Source of the DNA: Candidatus Omnitrophota bacterium | GTDB lineage: Bacteria > Omnitrophota > Gorgyraeia > Zapsychrales > Fredricksoniimonadaceae | Assembly (NCBI GenBank): GCA_013287965.1 | Contig: JABDCU010000002.1 | Location: 27,133-91,132 of the forward strand | Direction of reading: 5' to 3' | Length of the DNA stretch: 64,000 nt | Shown: positions 1 through 8,793 of the stretch, piece after piece | Layout: the number at the start of each line of letters is the position of its first letter | Numbering within the stretch: position 1 is the first letter of the stretch | Position numbers and translations under genes: made by a program | The notes under the pieces: generated by a model | What the model saw: only the letters and a program-made list of their open reading frames with translations | What the model was told of the DNA's origin: nothing | Database searches by the model: none

Positions 1-1461
1 CTGCCTTTAAGTAAAAATTTGAATTCTTTGACTTGCGCCATATTTGATCCCCTGGATTTTTTTGTTTTGGATAATTTAAAGATCCTGACGGGGTGTGACC
101 TGAATTTGATCATTGCCACCAAGACAGACCTTTCGCGCGCCATTGATGAGTTTTACGTGACCGGCAGGGAAGCGGGAGAAAGGGAGGGTGGTACTGTTTT
201 GGACCAGGCCCTCCAGAAAAGTTTTGTGGAGGGAGAGCGCACCAGCAAGGTGGAAGAAAAAGGGATCACTGCTGATTCAGAATTGAGCATTGACCGCTTG
301 ATCGCCAAGGCCGGAGAAGCCCCCATCGTGAAGCTTGTTGACCTGGTCATCCGTCAAGCCATTGATGAAAGGGCCAGTGATATCCATATCGAGCCTTTTA
401 AAGACAGGGTGGAGATCCGTTACCGCATTGACGGGGTCTTGTATCAAATACCTCCTCCGGCGGCGCATTTACACCTGCCCATTGTTTCACGCATCAAGAT
501 CCTGGCCAAAATGGACATCGCGGAAAAGCGCCTGCCCCAGGACGGGGCCATTTCCGCCAAGCTGGAAGACCGGGTGGTGGACCTGCGTGTTTCCACGATA
601 CCGACGGTGCATGGAGAAAAGGCTGTTTTGCGTCTTTTGGACAAGGGAGCTGTTAAGCTCGAACTTGTCAATTTGGGCTATGAGCCAAAACAACTGGAGG
701 CCATACGCAAGGCCTTAAAAAGTTCTTACGGCCTGTTCTTTGTTACGGGCCCGACGGGAAGCGGCAAATCAACGACCCTGTATTCCTGTTTAAATGAAGT
801 TTTTGATCCCAGCCTGAATATCATGACCTGCGAAGACCCCGTCGAATTCAAGCTTGACGGGATCAATCAGGTGGCGGTACGCACTGATATCGGGCTTACC
901 TTTGCCAGCGCCTTACGGGCTTTTTTGCGTCAGGACCCGGACATCATCATGGTGGGCGAAGTCCGTGACCTGGAAACCGCCCAGATCTGTTTGCGTGCCG
1001 CTTTGACAGGACATCTTGTCCTCTCTACCCTGCATACCAACGATGCTCCTTCCGCGATCGCCCGTTTGATAGATATCGGGGTGCCCCATTATTTGCTGAC
1101 ACCGTCCCTGGTGATGATAGTGGCCCAGCGCCTGGCCCGCAAGCTTTGCTCTAAATGCAAAGAACCCTACGAAGCTAATGGCTTGGTGGTGGGGGGCTAT
1201 AAGGTCAAAAGCGATTTGATCTACCGTGCCAAGGGCTGCGATGAATGCAGTCATACCGGCTATAAAGGACGTGTTGTTGTTTCGGAAGTGATGGCCCTTA
1301 ATGATGATATCCGCAATTTGATCTCGCGTTCTGCCAGTTATAATGAACTTAGGGACGCGGCCAGGCGTAATGAAATGGACACGCTTTTTGAGGCGGGTAT
1401 GAAAAAAGTGGAGAACGGCATCACCAGTGTGGACGAGGTTTTGGCCGTGACAACTGCTTAG
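1..1461 (+). CDS. Type II/IV secretion-family assembly ATPase (GspE/PilB), 5-prime end cut by window edge
   Basis: Frame of ORF 19..1461 stays open back to nt 1. T2SSE N-domain-like start, Walker A GPTGSGKST, MVGEVRD and TGHLVLSTLHTN boxes, CSKC...CDEC tetracysteine motif. Confidence 0.9.
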   Translation: MPLSKNLNSLTCAIFDPLDFFVLDNLKILTGCDLNLIIATKTDLSRAIDEFYVTGREAGEREGGTVLDQALQKSFVEGERTSKVEEKGITADSELSIDRLIAKAGEAPIVKLVDLVIRQAIDERASDIHIEPFKDRVEIRYRIDGVLYQIPPPAAHLHLPIVSRIKILAKMDIAEKRLPQDGAISAKLEDRVVDLRVSTIPTVHGEKAVLRLLDKGAVKLELVNLGYEPKQLEAIRKALKSSYGLFFVTGPTGSGKSTTLYSCLNEVFDPSLNIMTCEDPVEFKLDGINQVAVRTDIGLTFASALRAFLRQDPDIIMVGEVRDLETAQICLRAALTGHLVLSTLHTNDAPSAIARLIDIGVPHYLLTPSLVMIVAQRLARKLCSKCKEPYEANGLVVGGYKVKSDLIYRAKGCDECSHTGYKGRVVVSEVMALNDDIRNLISRSASYNELRDAARRNEMDTLFEAGMKKVENGITSVDEVLAVTTA

Positions 1462-1470
1462 GTATTTCTT

Positions 1471-2712
1471 ATGCCATTATACTTTTATACAGTAAAAGAC
1501 AGTACAGGCAATACAAAGACAGATACTTTTTCAGCCCTCAGCGAAGATGCCCTGGTTGAAAAATTGCAAAGTGAAGGCTATTTCATTGTTAATATCCGCC
1601 AGCTCGAGGAAAAGTCTGCCCGTAAGGCCGCCGATAAAAAAGAGACGGTCCAGAGATTTGATCATGACAAGTCTAAAATAGAGGACCTCCTGGTCCTGTC
1701 CCGTCAAATGGCGACCATGCTGGAAGCCGGGGTCACCATGCTGCGCAGTTTTGACGTTATTTTGTCCCAGATCCAGAGCAAAGAGCTGTTTATGGCGGCC
1801 ACCAAGATCCGTGGTGATATTGAACAAGGGGCTTCCTTAAGCGCCGCGTTGACCAAGCATCCTAAAATTTTCAGCCAGTTTTGGATCAGCCTGGCTGAGG
1901 TAGGAGAGGCGTCGGGTACAATGCCTTTGGTGCTCAACAAACTGGCCCATCACGTGGAGCAGGAATCCGCGTTCCAATCAGCTATTATTTCGGCCCTGGT
2001 CTATCCCGCGATCCTTTTTACGGTGTGTATCGGGGCTATCGTATTTTTTGCCCTGGTGGTGGGTCCTAGATTTCAAGACATTTTTAGCTCCATGCATGCC
2101 CAATTGCCGCTGATGACCGTATGCCTTCTGGCTACTTTTGCTTTTATAAAGCAGTATCTTTTATATATTATTGGAGGGGTGGTTGGTTTATTTTTTATTT
2201 TAAAAGCTTATTTTTCAACCCCTATGGGCGAGCTGCAATTTGAAAAAATACTCTTTAGCTTGCCGATAGTCGGTGATGTCACTAAATTGATCGTTACCGA
2301 ACGTTTCGCGGCCCAAATGGCGATCTTGATCGAAAGCGGGGTGCCGATCTTATACGCCCTGGAGATCACGGAAAAGATGGTCAATAATAAAACCTGTGGT
2401 TTGGTGGTGACCCAGGTGCGCGAAGGGGTGCGCGAAGGCAAGGGAATGGCTGACTCCCTGATGGAGTCGGGATTTTTTCCGATGATGGCGGTCCAGATGA
2501 TCAAGGTCGGGGAGGAGACCGGAGAACTTGGCAAAATGCTTAAACATGTGGCTGAGTTTTACCAGGGCAATGTCGAAGTTTTTATGAAACGGCTGGGGAC
2601 CCTTATTGAGCCTTTTATGCTCGTTTTTATGGCCACCATCATAGGCACTATCGTCATATCGATCTTTCTTCCATTATTCAAGCTTGGCCAGGGCGGCGCC
2701 CATGCGCAGTGA
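1471..2712 (+). CDS. Type IV pilus / T2SS inner-membrane platform protein (PilC/GspF family)
   Basis: 413 aa with two repeated T2SSF-like halves and hydrophobic segments. Lies 10 nt after the ATPase stop. Confidence 0.88.
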   Translation: MPLYFYTVKDSTGNTKTDTFSALSEDALVEKLQSEGYFIVNIRQLEEKSARKAADKKETVQRFDHDKSKIEDLLVLSRQMATMLEAGVTMLRSFDVILSQIQSKELFMAATKIRGDIEQGASLSAALTKHPKIFSQFWISLAEVGEASGTMPLVLNKLAHHVEQESAFQSAIISALVYPAILFTVCIGAIVFFALVVGPRFQDIFSSMHAQLPLMTVCLLATFAFIKQYLLYIIGGVVGLFFILKAYFSTPMGELQFEKILFSLPIVGDVTKLIVTERFAAQMAILIESGVPILYALEITEKMVNNKTCGLVVTQVREGVREGKGMADSLMESGFFPMMAVQMIKVGEETGELGKMLKHVAEFYQGNVEVFMKRLGTLIEPFMLVFMATIIGTIVISIFLPLFKLGQGGAHAQ

Positions 2713-2737
2713 CCCTTAAAAATTCTTACTCGAATGT

Positions 2738-2765
2738 TTGACACCCCGCTTGGGCATGGTATACT
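2738..2765 (+). promoter_or_regulatory. Sigma70-like promoter upstream of first pilin gene
   Basis: TTGACA (2738-2743), 16-nt spacer, TATACT (2760-2765), in the gap between the platform gene and the pilin gene. Confidence 0.5.
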
Positions 2766-2816
2766 TAATATGAAGGTTGCAGTTATATTATAAATATGTT
2801 TAACAAGGAGAATATC

Positions 2817-3242
2817 ATGAAAACCTTAAATAATAAAAGTGGTTTCACGCTCATAGAAATTATCGTCGTTTTGATCATCATCGGTGTTTTGGCAGCCATC
2901 GCTTTGCCGAACCTTTTCTCCAATATTCCAAGAAGTAAAGCCGCTGCTGCCTTAGCATCAGCAGACGCGTATAAAACTGTTTTGGAATCATGCTTGGGGC
3001 AAAACTCTACTACGGCCGCCAATACTGCTCCTTGTACCTTGGCTGGACAGAACCTTGCGGCTTCGATCCAGGGTATTACCTTTGGTTTCGCTAATGCTGC
3101 TGGAACGGCTGCTGGAGCCAATTTAACCTATCAGCTTACCGGTACAGATGGGGCTGGTAATACTGCTTTTACAATAACCAGGGCCACAACCGGTGCTTTT
3201 ACCTGTGCTCCTGGTGTTGGAGCATATGCAAACGTTTGCTAG
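2817..3242 (+). CDS. Prepilin-type N-terminal cleavage/methylation domain protein (probable major pilin/pseudopilin)
   Basis: MKTLNNKSG|FTLIEIIVVLIIIGVLAAIA class III signal with Glu+5. AAGGAG lies 6 nt upstream of ATG 2817. C-terminal Cys pair. A hairpin terminator follows. Confidence 0.85.
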   Translation: MKTLNNKSGFTLIEIIVVLIIIGVLAAIALPNLFSNIPRSKAAAALASADAYKTVLESCLGQNSTTAANTAPCTLAGQNLAASIQGITFGFANAAGTAAGANLTYQLTGTDGAGNTAFTITRATTGAFTCAPGVGAYANVC

Positions 3243-3261
3243 TGTTTAGCAATCAGCTTCT

Positions 3262-3296
3262 AAAAGCCCGCCATAGAATTGTGGCGGGCTTTTTTT
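3262..3296 (+). terminator. Rho-independent terminator/attenuator after first pilin gene
   Basis: GCCCGCCA (3266-3273) pairs with TGGCGGGC (3282-3289), followed by a T7 run. Confidence 0.8.
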
Positions 3297-3310
3297 ATCA
3301 GGAGGGCCAG

Positions 3311-3715
3311 ATGGCAGCCGGCAAAGGGTTTACCATCATAGAGATACTGATTGTTTTGATCATCCTGTCAGTCCTTATTGCCATTGCTATTCCCAATTAT
3401 TACAATTCAATACATAATTCCCGGGTGCGTGGTGTTGAAAATAATTTAAGGGCCATTGGTGCCGGAGAGCAAAAATATTCCGAAGACCACAGCGGCGCGT
3501 ATTACGCTTCGGCCGGCGGGGTGGTCAATGATTTCAGCCTTATTAATTCAAATTTGTCTTTGACGATGGCCTCTGTGAATGATGGTTTTAATTATACGTG
3601 TGCCGTTACAGGGGCCTGTTCGGCTAATAACCCAGCAGTAACTTCAGGTTTGGTGAATACAGTGACGGTGGATGCCAATGGCAATATATCGTGTTCCCCG
3701 GGCACTTGTCCGTAG
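3311..3715 (+). CDS. Prepilin-type N-terminal domain protein (minor pilin/pseudopilin)
   Basis: MAAGKG|FTIIEILIVLIILSVLIAIAIPNY. GGAGGG RBS at 3301. The ORF-track start at 3236 overlaps the terminator, so the internal ATG at 3311 is preferred. Confidence 0.8.
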   Translation: MAAGKGFTIIEILIVLIILSVLIAIAIPNYYNSIHNSRVRGVENNLRAIGAGEQKYSEDHSGAYYASAGGVVNDFSLINSNLSLTMASVNDGFNYTCAVTGACSANNPAVTSGLVNTVTVDANGNISCSPGTCP

Positions 3716-3728
3716 CAAGGAGTCATGT

Positions 3729-4172
3729 ATGGCGCTTCACAGGCAGGGGTTTACATTAATGGAGATCATTGTTGTTTTGGTCATCATAGGCGTTATTGTT
3801 GCATTTTTTCTCCCCAATTATAATACACCCATGCAACAGGCGCGGGCGGCAAATGCCCAGAATAATTTATTGGCTATTTATAGTGCGCAGAAAAATTATT
3901 ATAATAACAACGGTAATTATTGCTACAACACAGGTGCCAACACTTGCGCGGATACCCTGGCTGATATCAATACTAATTTATCTTTGAATATCCAGGATGA
4001 CGGCACTTATCTATATCAATGCCCGAACAATTCTTTTACCTGTACGGCAACGAGAAATATTGCTTCATCGCTTCCTTTAATAACGGTGACATTGAATGTC
4101 CCGATCAACTTAAACGGAGAAGTAAATCCAAGCTGCCAGGCACCGGCAGGTAATGCTAATTGGTGTCCATAA
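3729..4172 (+). CDS. Prepilin-type N-terminal domain protein (minor pilin/pseudopilin)
   Basis: MALHRQG|FTLMEIIVVLVIIGVIVAFFLPNY. AAGGAG at 3716-3721. Confidence 0.8.
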   Translation: MALHRQGFTLMEIIVVLVIIGVIVAFFLPNYNTPMQQARAANAQNNLLAIYSAQKNYYNNNGNYCYNTGANTCADTLADINTNLSLNIQDDGTYLYQCPNNSFTCTATRNIASSLPLITVTLNVPINLNGEVNPSCQAPAGNANWCP

Positions 4173-4177
4173 AGCTT

Positions 4178-4624
4178 ATGCGGACAACAAATTTAAATAA
4201 TACGGCTTTTTCATTATTGGAAATATTATTGGCATCCATCATTTTTATTATTACCATCGGAGGGCTTTTCGCCACTTTGAATGCCGTACGAAAGCCGGTG
4301 GCTGACAAGGAAAACGCGTTGACGGCAGCTATTTTTGGCAAGCAGGTGCTTGAGACCTTGCGTTCTTCAGTCAATGCGCAGTCAAGCGCAAATTTTTATG
4401 GCATTTGCAGCGGCAATTGTACGACTTTTGATTTACAATTAGGGACCCATCAGGTGTCCCAGGCCAATTTGCCGACGGTCCTAAGCTGGCCTTCATCATT
4501 GACTGCTGCCAACGGGGGTGCAAACCCGGTCTTGAACTACACGGTCTCTTGCGGGGATGGCAGCCCTAACAATTCCTGTGGCGCTGACATTGCCCGTAAG
4601 GTTGTTTTGAATATAAGCTGGTGA
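4178..4624 (+). CDS. Pilin-like protein with degenerate prepilin signal
   Basis: MRTTNLNNTA|FSLLEILLASIIFIITIGG: Glu+5 is retained and Ala sits at -1. Start position is uncertain (4160 or 4178). Confidence 0.65.
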   Translation: MRTTNLNNTAFSLLEILLASIIFIITIGGLFATLNAVRKPVADKENALTAAIFGKQVLETLRSSVNAQSSANFYGICSGNCTTFDLQLGTHQVSQANLPTVLSWPSSLTAANGGANPVLNYTVSCGDGSPNNSCGADIARKVVLNISW

Positions 4625-4631
4625 GTGCCCT

Positions 4632-5267
4632 ATGAATAAAGTCCTTTCTAAAACAGCTTATACCTTGCTCGAGTTGATCATTGCGTTAGTGCTTGTTACT
4701 GTCGTTGTATTGGGCATATTCGCTGTTAATTCCGTGCTTAGCAATAATAACCAGGATTATGGCCAGCGGTATTTAGTCAGATCAGATACGCAGACCACGT
4801 TAAATCACATCATTAATAATGCTTCTTTGGCTGTCGGCAGCGCAACTACCCTTACTCCTTCGGGGGGGCCGCCCGTTGCCGATCTGGGCATTCTCATCGG
4901 CGCCCAGATGGGGGCCGCGAATAACAATTCATTTTGCATACACCAGAATAATGGCGCTGATACCTGGTTATGTTATGTCTTTGATCCTGTTGGGTTTCAA
5001 ATCAAATATTGTAATAAGGCGTATAATCTTACTGATCCCAATGGTTATCGGGGAGCTGGTGGAAGCTGTTTAGCTGCGGCACAGTTTCTGGGAACGGCGT
5101 TTAGCATAGCTACGGTATTTACCAATAGTAACGGACAATTGTTATTTACTATTACCATCCAGAATTGTCTTAATGACTCTGCAACTTGTTTTTCAGCTCC
5201 AGATCCAGTCAATAACCCTAATGTGACCGTATCAGGAAGTGCTTTTCCGACACAAGTAAGCATGTAG
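4632..5267 (+). CDS. Pilin-like protein with degenerate prepilin signal
   Basis: MNKVLSKTA|YTLLELIIALVLVTVVVLGIF. Last gene of the five-gene pilin-like run. Confidence 0.65.
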   Translation: MNKVLSKTAYTLLELIIALVLVTVVVLGIFAVNSVLSNNNQDYGQRYLVRSDTQTTLNHIINNASLAVGSATTLTPSGGPPVADLGILIGAQMGAANNNSFCIHQNNGADTWLCYVFDPVGFQIKYCNKAYNLTDPNGYRGAGGSCLAAAQFLGTAFSIATVFTNSNGQLLFTITIQNCLNDSATCFSAPDPVNNPNVTVSGSAFPTQVSM

Positions 5268-5332
5268 TCGCCTGCCGCTCTCTGCGGCATGCAGGGTATC
5301 GAATTTGCAATAGAATAACCACAGGAGGCCCC

Positions 5333-6073
5333 ATGAAACATGTTCAATCTTATGGCTGGATCCCGGACAGGCCTGACCACAGGGATTACCTGTACAGTGC
5401 CATCGCCCCGAAAGTCAAATTACCTCTCAAAGTAGATCTAAGAAGTGAAGACTCACCCATAGAAAATCAGGGCCGCTTAGGCAGCTGTACGGCCAATGCC
5501 CTGGCCGGCCATTTGCAGTTTTTAGAAAAAGTCAGCGGTCAAACCTACAAGGACGTCAGCCGGCTTTTTATTTATTATAATGAACGCGCGCTCGAGGGGA
5601 CAATTGGTTTTGACTCCGGTGCCATGATCCGTGACGGCATCAAGGTGCTTGCTCAGTACGGTGTCTGCCCGGAATCAAGCTGGCCTTATGACATATCCCA
5701 ATTTACCCGTAAACCCACTGTTGCCTGTTATAAGGAAGGCCTCAAGCATTGCATAAGCAGTTACCATCGCCTTCAAACGCTCGACGAGATGCTCAATTGC
5801 CTGGCTGAAGGTTTTCCGTTCGTCTTTGGTTTTACCGTCTATGAAAGTTTTGAAAGTTTGAAGGTGGCCCAGACCGGTATTGCGCCTATGCCTAAAAAGT
5901 CTGAAAGGGCGCTGGGCGGGCACGCGGTCATGGCCGCGGGGTATGATCAAAAACAAAAACGTTTTATCGTGCGCAATTCCTGGGGGCCGCAGTGGGGGCA
6001 GGCGGGTTATTTCACGATGCCCTATGCCTACCTCGAAGGCTCGGCCGACGATTTCTGGACGATCCGGCAGTAG
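5333..6073 (+). CDS. Papain-family (C1) cysteine peptidase, no recognisable signal peptide or prodomain
   Basis: Catalytic signatures QGRLGSCTANA (Gln/Cys), GGHAVMAAGYD (His), NSWGPQWGQAGYF (Asn-Ser-Trp). GGAGG RBS. Confidence 0.85.
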   Translation: MKHVQSYGWIPDRPDHRDYLYSAIAPKVKLPLKVDLRSEDSPIENQGRLGSCTANALAGHLQFLEKVSGQTYKDVSRLFIYYNERALEGTIGFDSGAMIRDGIKVLAQYGVCPESSWPYDISQFTRKPTVACYKEGLKHCISSYHRLQTLDEMLNCLAEGFPFVFGFTVYESFESLKVAQTGIAPMPKKSERALGGHAVMAAGYDQKQKRFIVRNSWGPQWGQAGYFTMPYAYLEGSADDFWTIRQ

Positions 6074-6076
6074 GGC

Positions 6077-6105
6077 TTGTCAAAACTCCTGCCTTTTGAT
6101 AGTAT
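6077..6105 (+). promoter_or_regulatory. Sigma70-like promoter upstream of tRNA-Ala
   Basis: TTGTCA (6077-6082), 17-nt spacer, TAGTAT (6100-6105) preceded by TGA (extended -10-like). Confidence 0.45.
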
Positions 6106-6130
6106 AACCCCTTAAATATTGTGGCAACAA

Positions 6131-6207
6131 GGGTCGGTAGCTCAGTTTGGGAGAGCGCGTCGTTCGCAATGACGAGGCCAGCGGTTCGATCCCGCTCCGA
6201 TCCACCA
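6131..6207 (+). tRNA. tRNA-Ala (anticodon CGC), CCA encoded
   Basis: Hand-folded cloverleaf. Acceptor GGGTCGG/CCGATCC includes the G3:U70 Ala identity pair. Anticodon loop TTCGCAA, T-arm GGTTCGATCC, 3-prime ACCA. Confidence 0.9.
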
Positions 6208-6230
6208 ATTTTCCTTCAAAGGTCGAGAAT

Positions 6231-6965
6231 ATGTATCGTTTTTATTGCCAGGACGCTGATTTTTCCAGACCTTCCGTTGTCATTACCGATACCCATGAGA
6301 TCCATCATATCAAGGATGTTCTCCGTTTGAAAAAAGGCTCGCTTGTCCAGATTTTTAATGCCCGCTCCCAACAGGCAGACGTGGTTATTGAGCAAGTTAA
6401 TGAAGCAGCCATTCATGCGCGGGTCAAAACGGTCAGGCAAAATGAGGAGACACAGGCTAAGGTCATTTTAGCTTGCGCGCCCCCTAAAAAAGGGAAATTT
6501 GAGTTCATCATTGAAAAATGCACGGAATTAGGTGTTGATGTCATTATCCCTTTGAAAACCAAACGTACGGAAGTTGTCTTTAGTGATGATAAATGGCCGG
6601 GCAAATTCAAGCGTTTTGAGTCAGTGGCTGTCAATGCTGCCAAACAGTCCAAAAGATCCAGGGTCCCGCAGGTCCATCCCATGATGCCGTTACCCCAAGT
6701 TTTGCAAAACCTGGACCCTAATGGCTTGCATGTATTCCCTTCGCTTCATCATCACCCGAAGCATATTGCGCAAGTGCTTTTGAAGGCGGACAAGCAAAAA
6801 CCGGTGACCATCTTCATAGGCCCGGAAGGGGATTTTACCCCTGATGAAGTGGCTTTGGCCATTAAACACGGCTGTGTGCCGGTGTCTTTAGGGGAGACGG
6901 TCTTAAAGGTTGAGACCGCGGCCATTGCCAGCGTAGCACTAGTCAAATTTCTTTGCAGAAATTAG
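6231..6965 (+). CDS. rsmE: 16S rRNA (uracil1498-N3)-methyltransferase RsmE family
   Basis: MYRFY... N-terminal PUA-like part and C-terminal SPOUT-like GPEGDFTPDE motif. The ORF-track start at 6147 overlaps the tRNA, so ATG 6231 is preferred. Confidence 0.8.
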   Translation: MYRFYCQDADFSRPSVVITDTHEIHHIKDVLRLKKGSLVQIFNARSQQADVVIEQVNEAAIHARVKTVRQNEETQAKVILACAPPKKGKFEFIIEKCTELGVDVIIPLKTKRTEVVFSDDKWPGKFKRFESVAVNAAKQSKRSRVPQVHPMMPLPQVLQNLDPNGLHVFPSLHHHPKHIAQVLLKADKQKPVTIFIGPEGDFTPDEVALAIKHGCVPVSLGETVLKVETAAIASVALVKFLCRN

Positions 6966-7043
6966 TTTCCAGTGTATACTAAACAGCGCATAAAGCTTCC
7001 GACCCCCGGGAGTGTCCGATAAGAGGACTAATCCCAAACGGAA

Positions 7044-7073
7044 TTGACAATATAACCCCCGACAAGGTATAAT
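7044..7073 (+). promoter_or_regulatory. Consensus sigma70-like promoter upstream of recA
   Basis: TTGACA (7044-7049), 18-nt spacer, TATAAT (7068-7073). Confidence 0.6.
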
Positions 7074-7112
7074 TTTCAGCTTTATTAATGATTTAAATTA
7101 TTTGGAGGGATC

Positions 7113-8177
7113 ATGGCTCAAGACAAAACAGTAACAGAAAAGATCGAAAAAACAGCCGGTGACAAAGCAGCTGATGCTCACCGCGACAATCGTTTAAAAG
7201 CTTTGGATTTAGCTTTGGCACAGATCGAAAAGCAGTTTGGCAAGGGTTCGATCATGCGTATGGACAGCAATATTTCAGCGGATATCCCTGTGATCCCAAC
7301 GGGCTCTTTGACATTAGATCTGGCTTTAGGCGTCTGGGGCATTCCCCGCGGCCGTGTCATCGAGATTTATGGCCCAGAATCATCCGGGAAAACGACCTTG
7401 ACCTTAAGTATTATCAAGCAATTGCAGTTAGGTGGCGGGGTAGCAGCATTTATCGATGCTGAACATGCCTTTGATTCTAATTATGCCAAGACTTTAGGTG
7501 TCAAATTAGATGATCTTTTAGTGTCACAGCCGGACACCGGTGAGCAGGCGTTAGAGATCGCTGAAACCCTGGTGCGTTCCAACGCGGTTGACCTGGTTGT
7601 CATTGACTCGGTGGCAGCCTTGACTCCCCGCGCGGAGATCGAAGGCGAGATGGGGGATGCGCACATGGGTTTGCAGGCGCGTTTGATGAGCCAGGCTTTG
7701 CGTAAATTGACCGCGGCTATCAGCAAATCCCACTGCTGTGTGATCTTCATCAACCAGATCCGCATGAAGATCGGTGTCATGTTCGGCAATCCGGAAACCA
7801 CCACCGGCGGGCGCGCGTTGAAATTTTACGCGTCGGTGCGTATTGACCTGAGGAAAATTGAATCCATCAAGTCAGGTGAAGATATTATTGGCAATCGCGT
7901 TAAGGCCAAGGTGGTCAAAAATAAAGTCGCTTCACCTTTTAAAGAAGCGGAATTTGAGATCTATTTCCAAGAAGGTATTTCTGAAGCCGCGGATATTTTG
8001 GACCTGGCCGTGACCCATGAGGTCATCCAGAAAAGCGGTGCCTGGTTCTCGTTTGAAAATGAGAAGATCGGCCAGGGACGGGAAGCTACCCGTAAGCATC
8101 TTAAGGACAATTCTAAGGTCATGCATAAGATCAAAAAGCAGGTCATTGAGAAGATCAAGGCCAAGCCTAAAGTTTAA
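7113..8177 (+). CDS. recA: Recombinase RecA
   Basis: Canonical RecA sequence: [10 protein letters not shown] Walker [21 protein letters not shown]. Confidence 0.98.
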   Translation: MAQDKTVTEKIEKTAGDKAADAHRDNRLKALDLALAQIEKQFGKGSIMRMDSNISADIPVIPTGSLTLDLALGVWGIPRGRVIEIYGPESSGKTTLTLSIIKQLQLGGGVAAFIDAEHAFDSNYAKTLGVKLDDLLVSQPDTGEQALEIAETLVRSNAVDLVVIDSVAALTPRAEIEGEMGDAHMGLQARLMSQALRKLTAAISKSHCCVIFINQIRMKIGVMFGNPETTTGGRALKFYASVRIDLRKIESIKSGEDIIGNRVKAKVVKNKVASPFKEAEFEIYFQEGISEAADILDLAVTHEVIQKSGAWFSFENEKIGQGREATRKHLKDNSKVMHKIKKQVIEKIKAKPKV

Positions 8178-8626
8178 TGGCTAAAAGTGTTAAAGCCGCA
8201 GCCTTACGGTTTTTAAAGATCAGGCCGCGCAGTATTGAGGAATTAAAAGAAAAGCTTGGAATTAAAGGTTTTTCTGGAACGGACATAGAAACAACCGTGT
8301 ATGATTTAATAGCGTCGGGATCATTAGACGACCGGGCTTTTACGAAAAGTTGGATCAATTATCGTTTAGCCCGGCCGTTTGGTTTTAGAAGGATCGTTCA
8401 GGAGCTTAAAGACAAAGGTGTTGATAAGCAGATCATTGAGCAGGCCATAGCTGAAATTGAAGGTAGCTATAGCCCGGAGAAGGTGGTCCTGGAATTAGCC
8501 CAGCGGCGCTGGCAAAGATTGCCAGACATTGATCCGGATAAGAAGAAAAAAAGAGTTTTAGATTTCTTACTGCGGCGTGGTTTTGACGCTGATGTGTCAA
8601 TAAGGGTGCTTAAGAAATTGGGATAG
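8177..8626 (+). CDS. recX: Recombination regulator RecX
   Basis: 149-aa helical-repeat protein. Its start overlaps the recA stop (TAATG). RecX-like repeats and recA-recX synteny. Confidence 0.8.
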   Translation: MAKSVKAAALRFLKIRPRSIEELKEKLGIKGFSGTDIETTVYDLIASGSLDDRAFTKSWINYRLARPFGFRRIVQELKDKGVDKQIIEQAIAEIEGSYSPEKVVLELAQRRWQRLPDIDPDKKKKRVLDFLLRRGFDADVSIRVLKKLG

Positions 8627-8778
8627 ACTTTGTAAACAATTTTTGAAGACCACTGTTGTCCCGACAATCTTCAACACCGATTCAGAAATACAGCCCGAAG
8701 GGCGTTGTATTTCTGATAGATTAGAAAAGATTGTCGGAAAAAGACAACTCGTGGTCGAAAAAATTCGTTTACAAAGTC
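8626..8778. repeat. Long rod-like imperfect palindrome (element H1) in recX-alaS gap
   Basis: GACTTTGTAAAC/GTTTACAAAGTC (12/12), CCGACAATCTT/AAGATTGTCGG (11/11), CAGAAATACA/TGTATTTCTG (10/10), apical GCCC-GAA-GGGC. Internal AATTTTTGAAG motif. Confidence 0.85.
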
Positions 8779-8793
8779 TACATATGCAAGTTT

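Noticed and set aside
6121-6230. ORFs 6121..6330 and the 6147 start of the rsmE ORF
   Set aside because: They overlap tRNA-Ala. The rsmE-like sequence begins at ATG 6231.
8731-8793. N-terminal extension of alaS (ORF-track start)
   Set aside because: The extension lies inside palindrome H1 and adds residues not found at AlaRS N-termini. ATG 8794 gives the canonical MTTNEIRxKFLxFF start.
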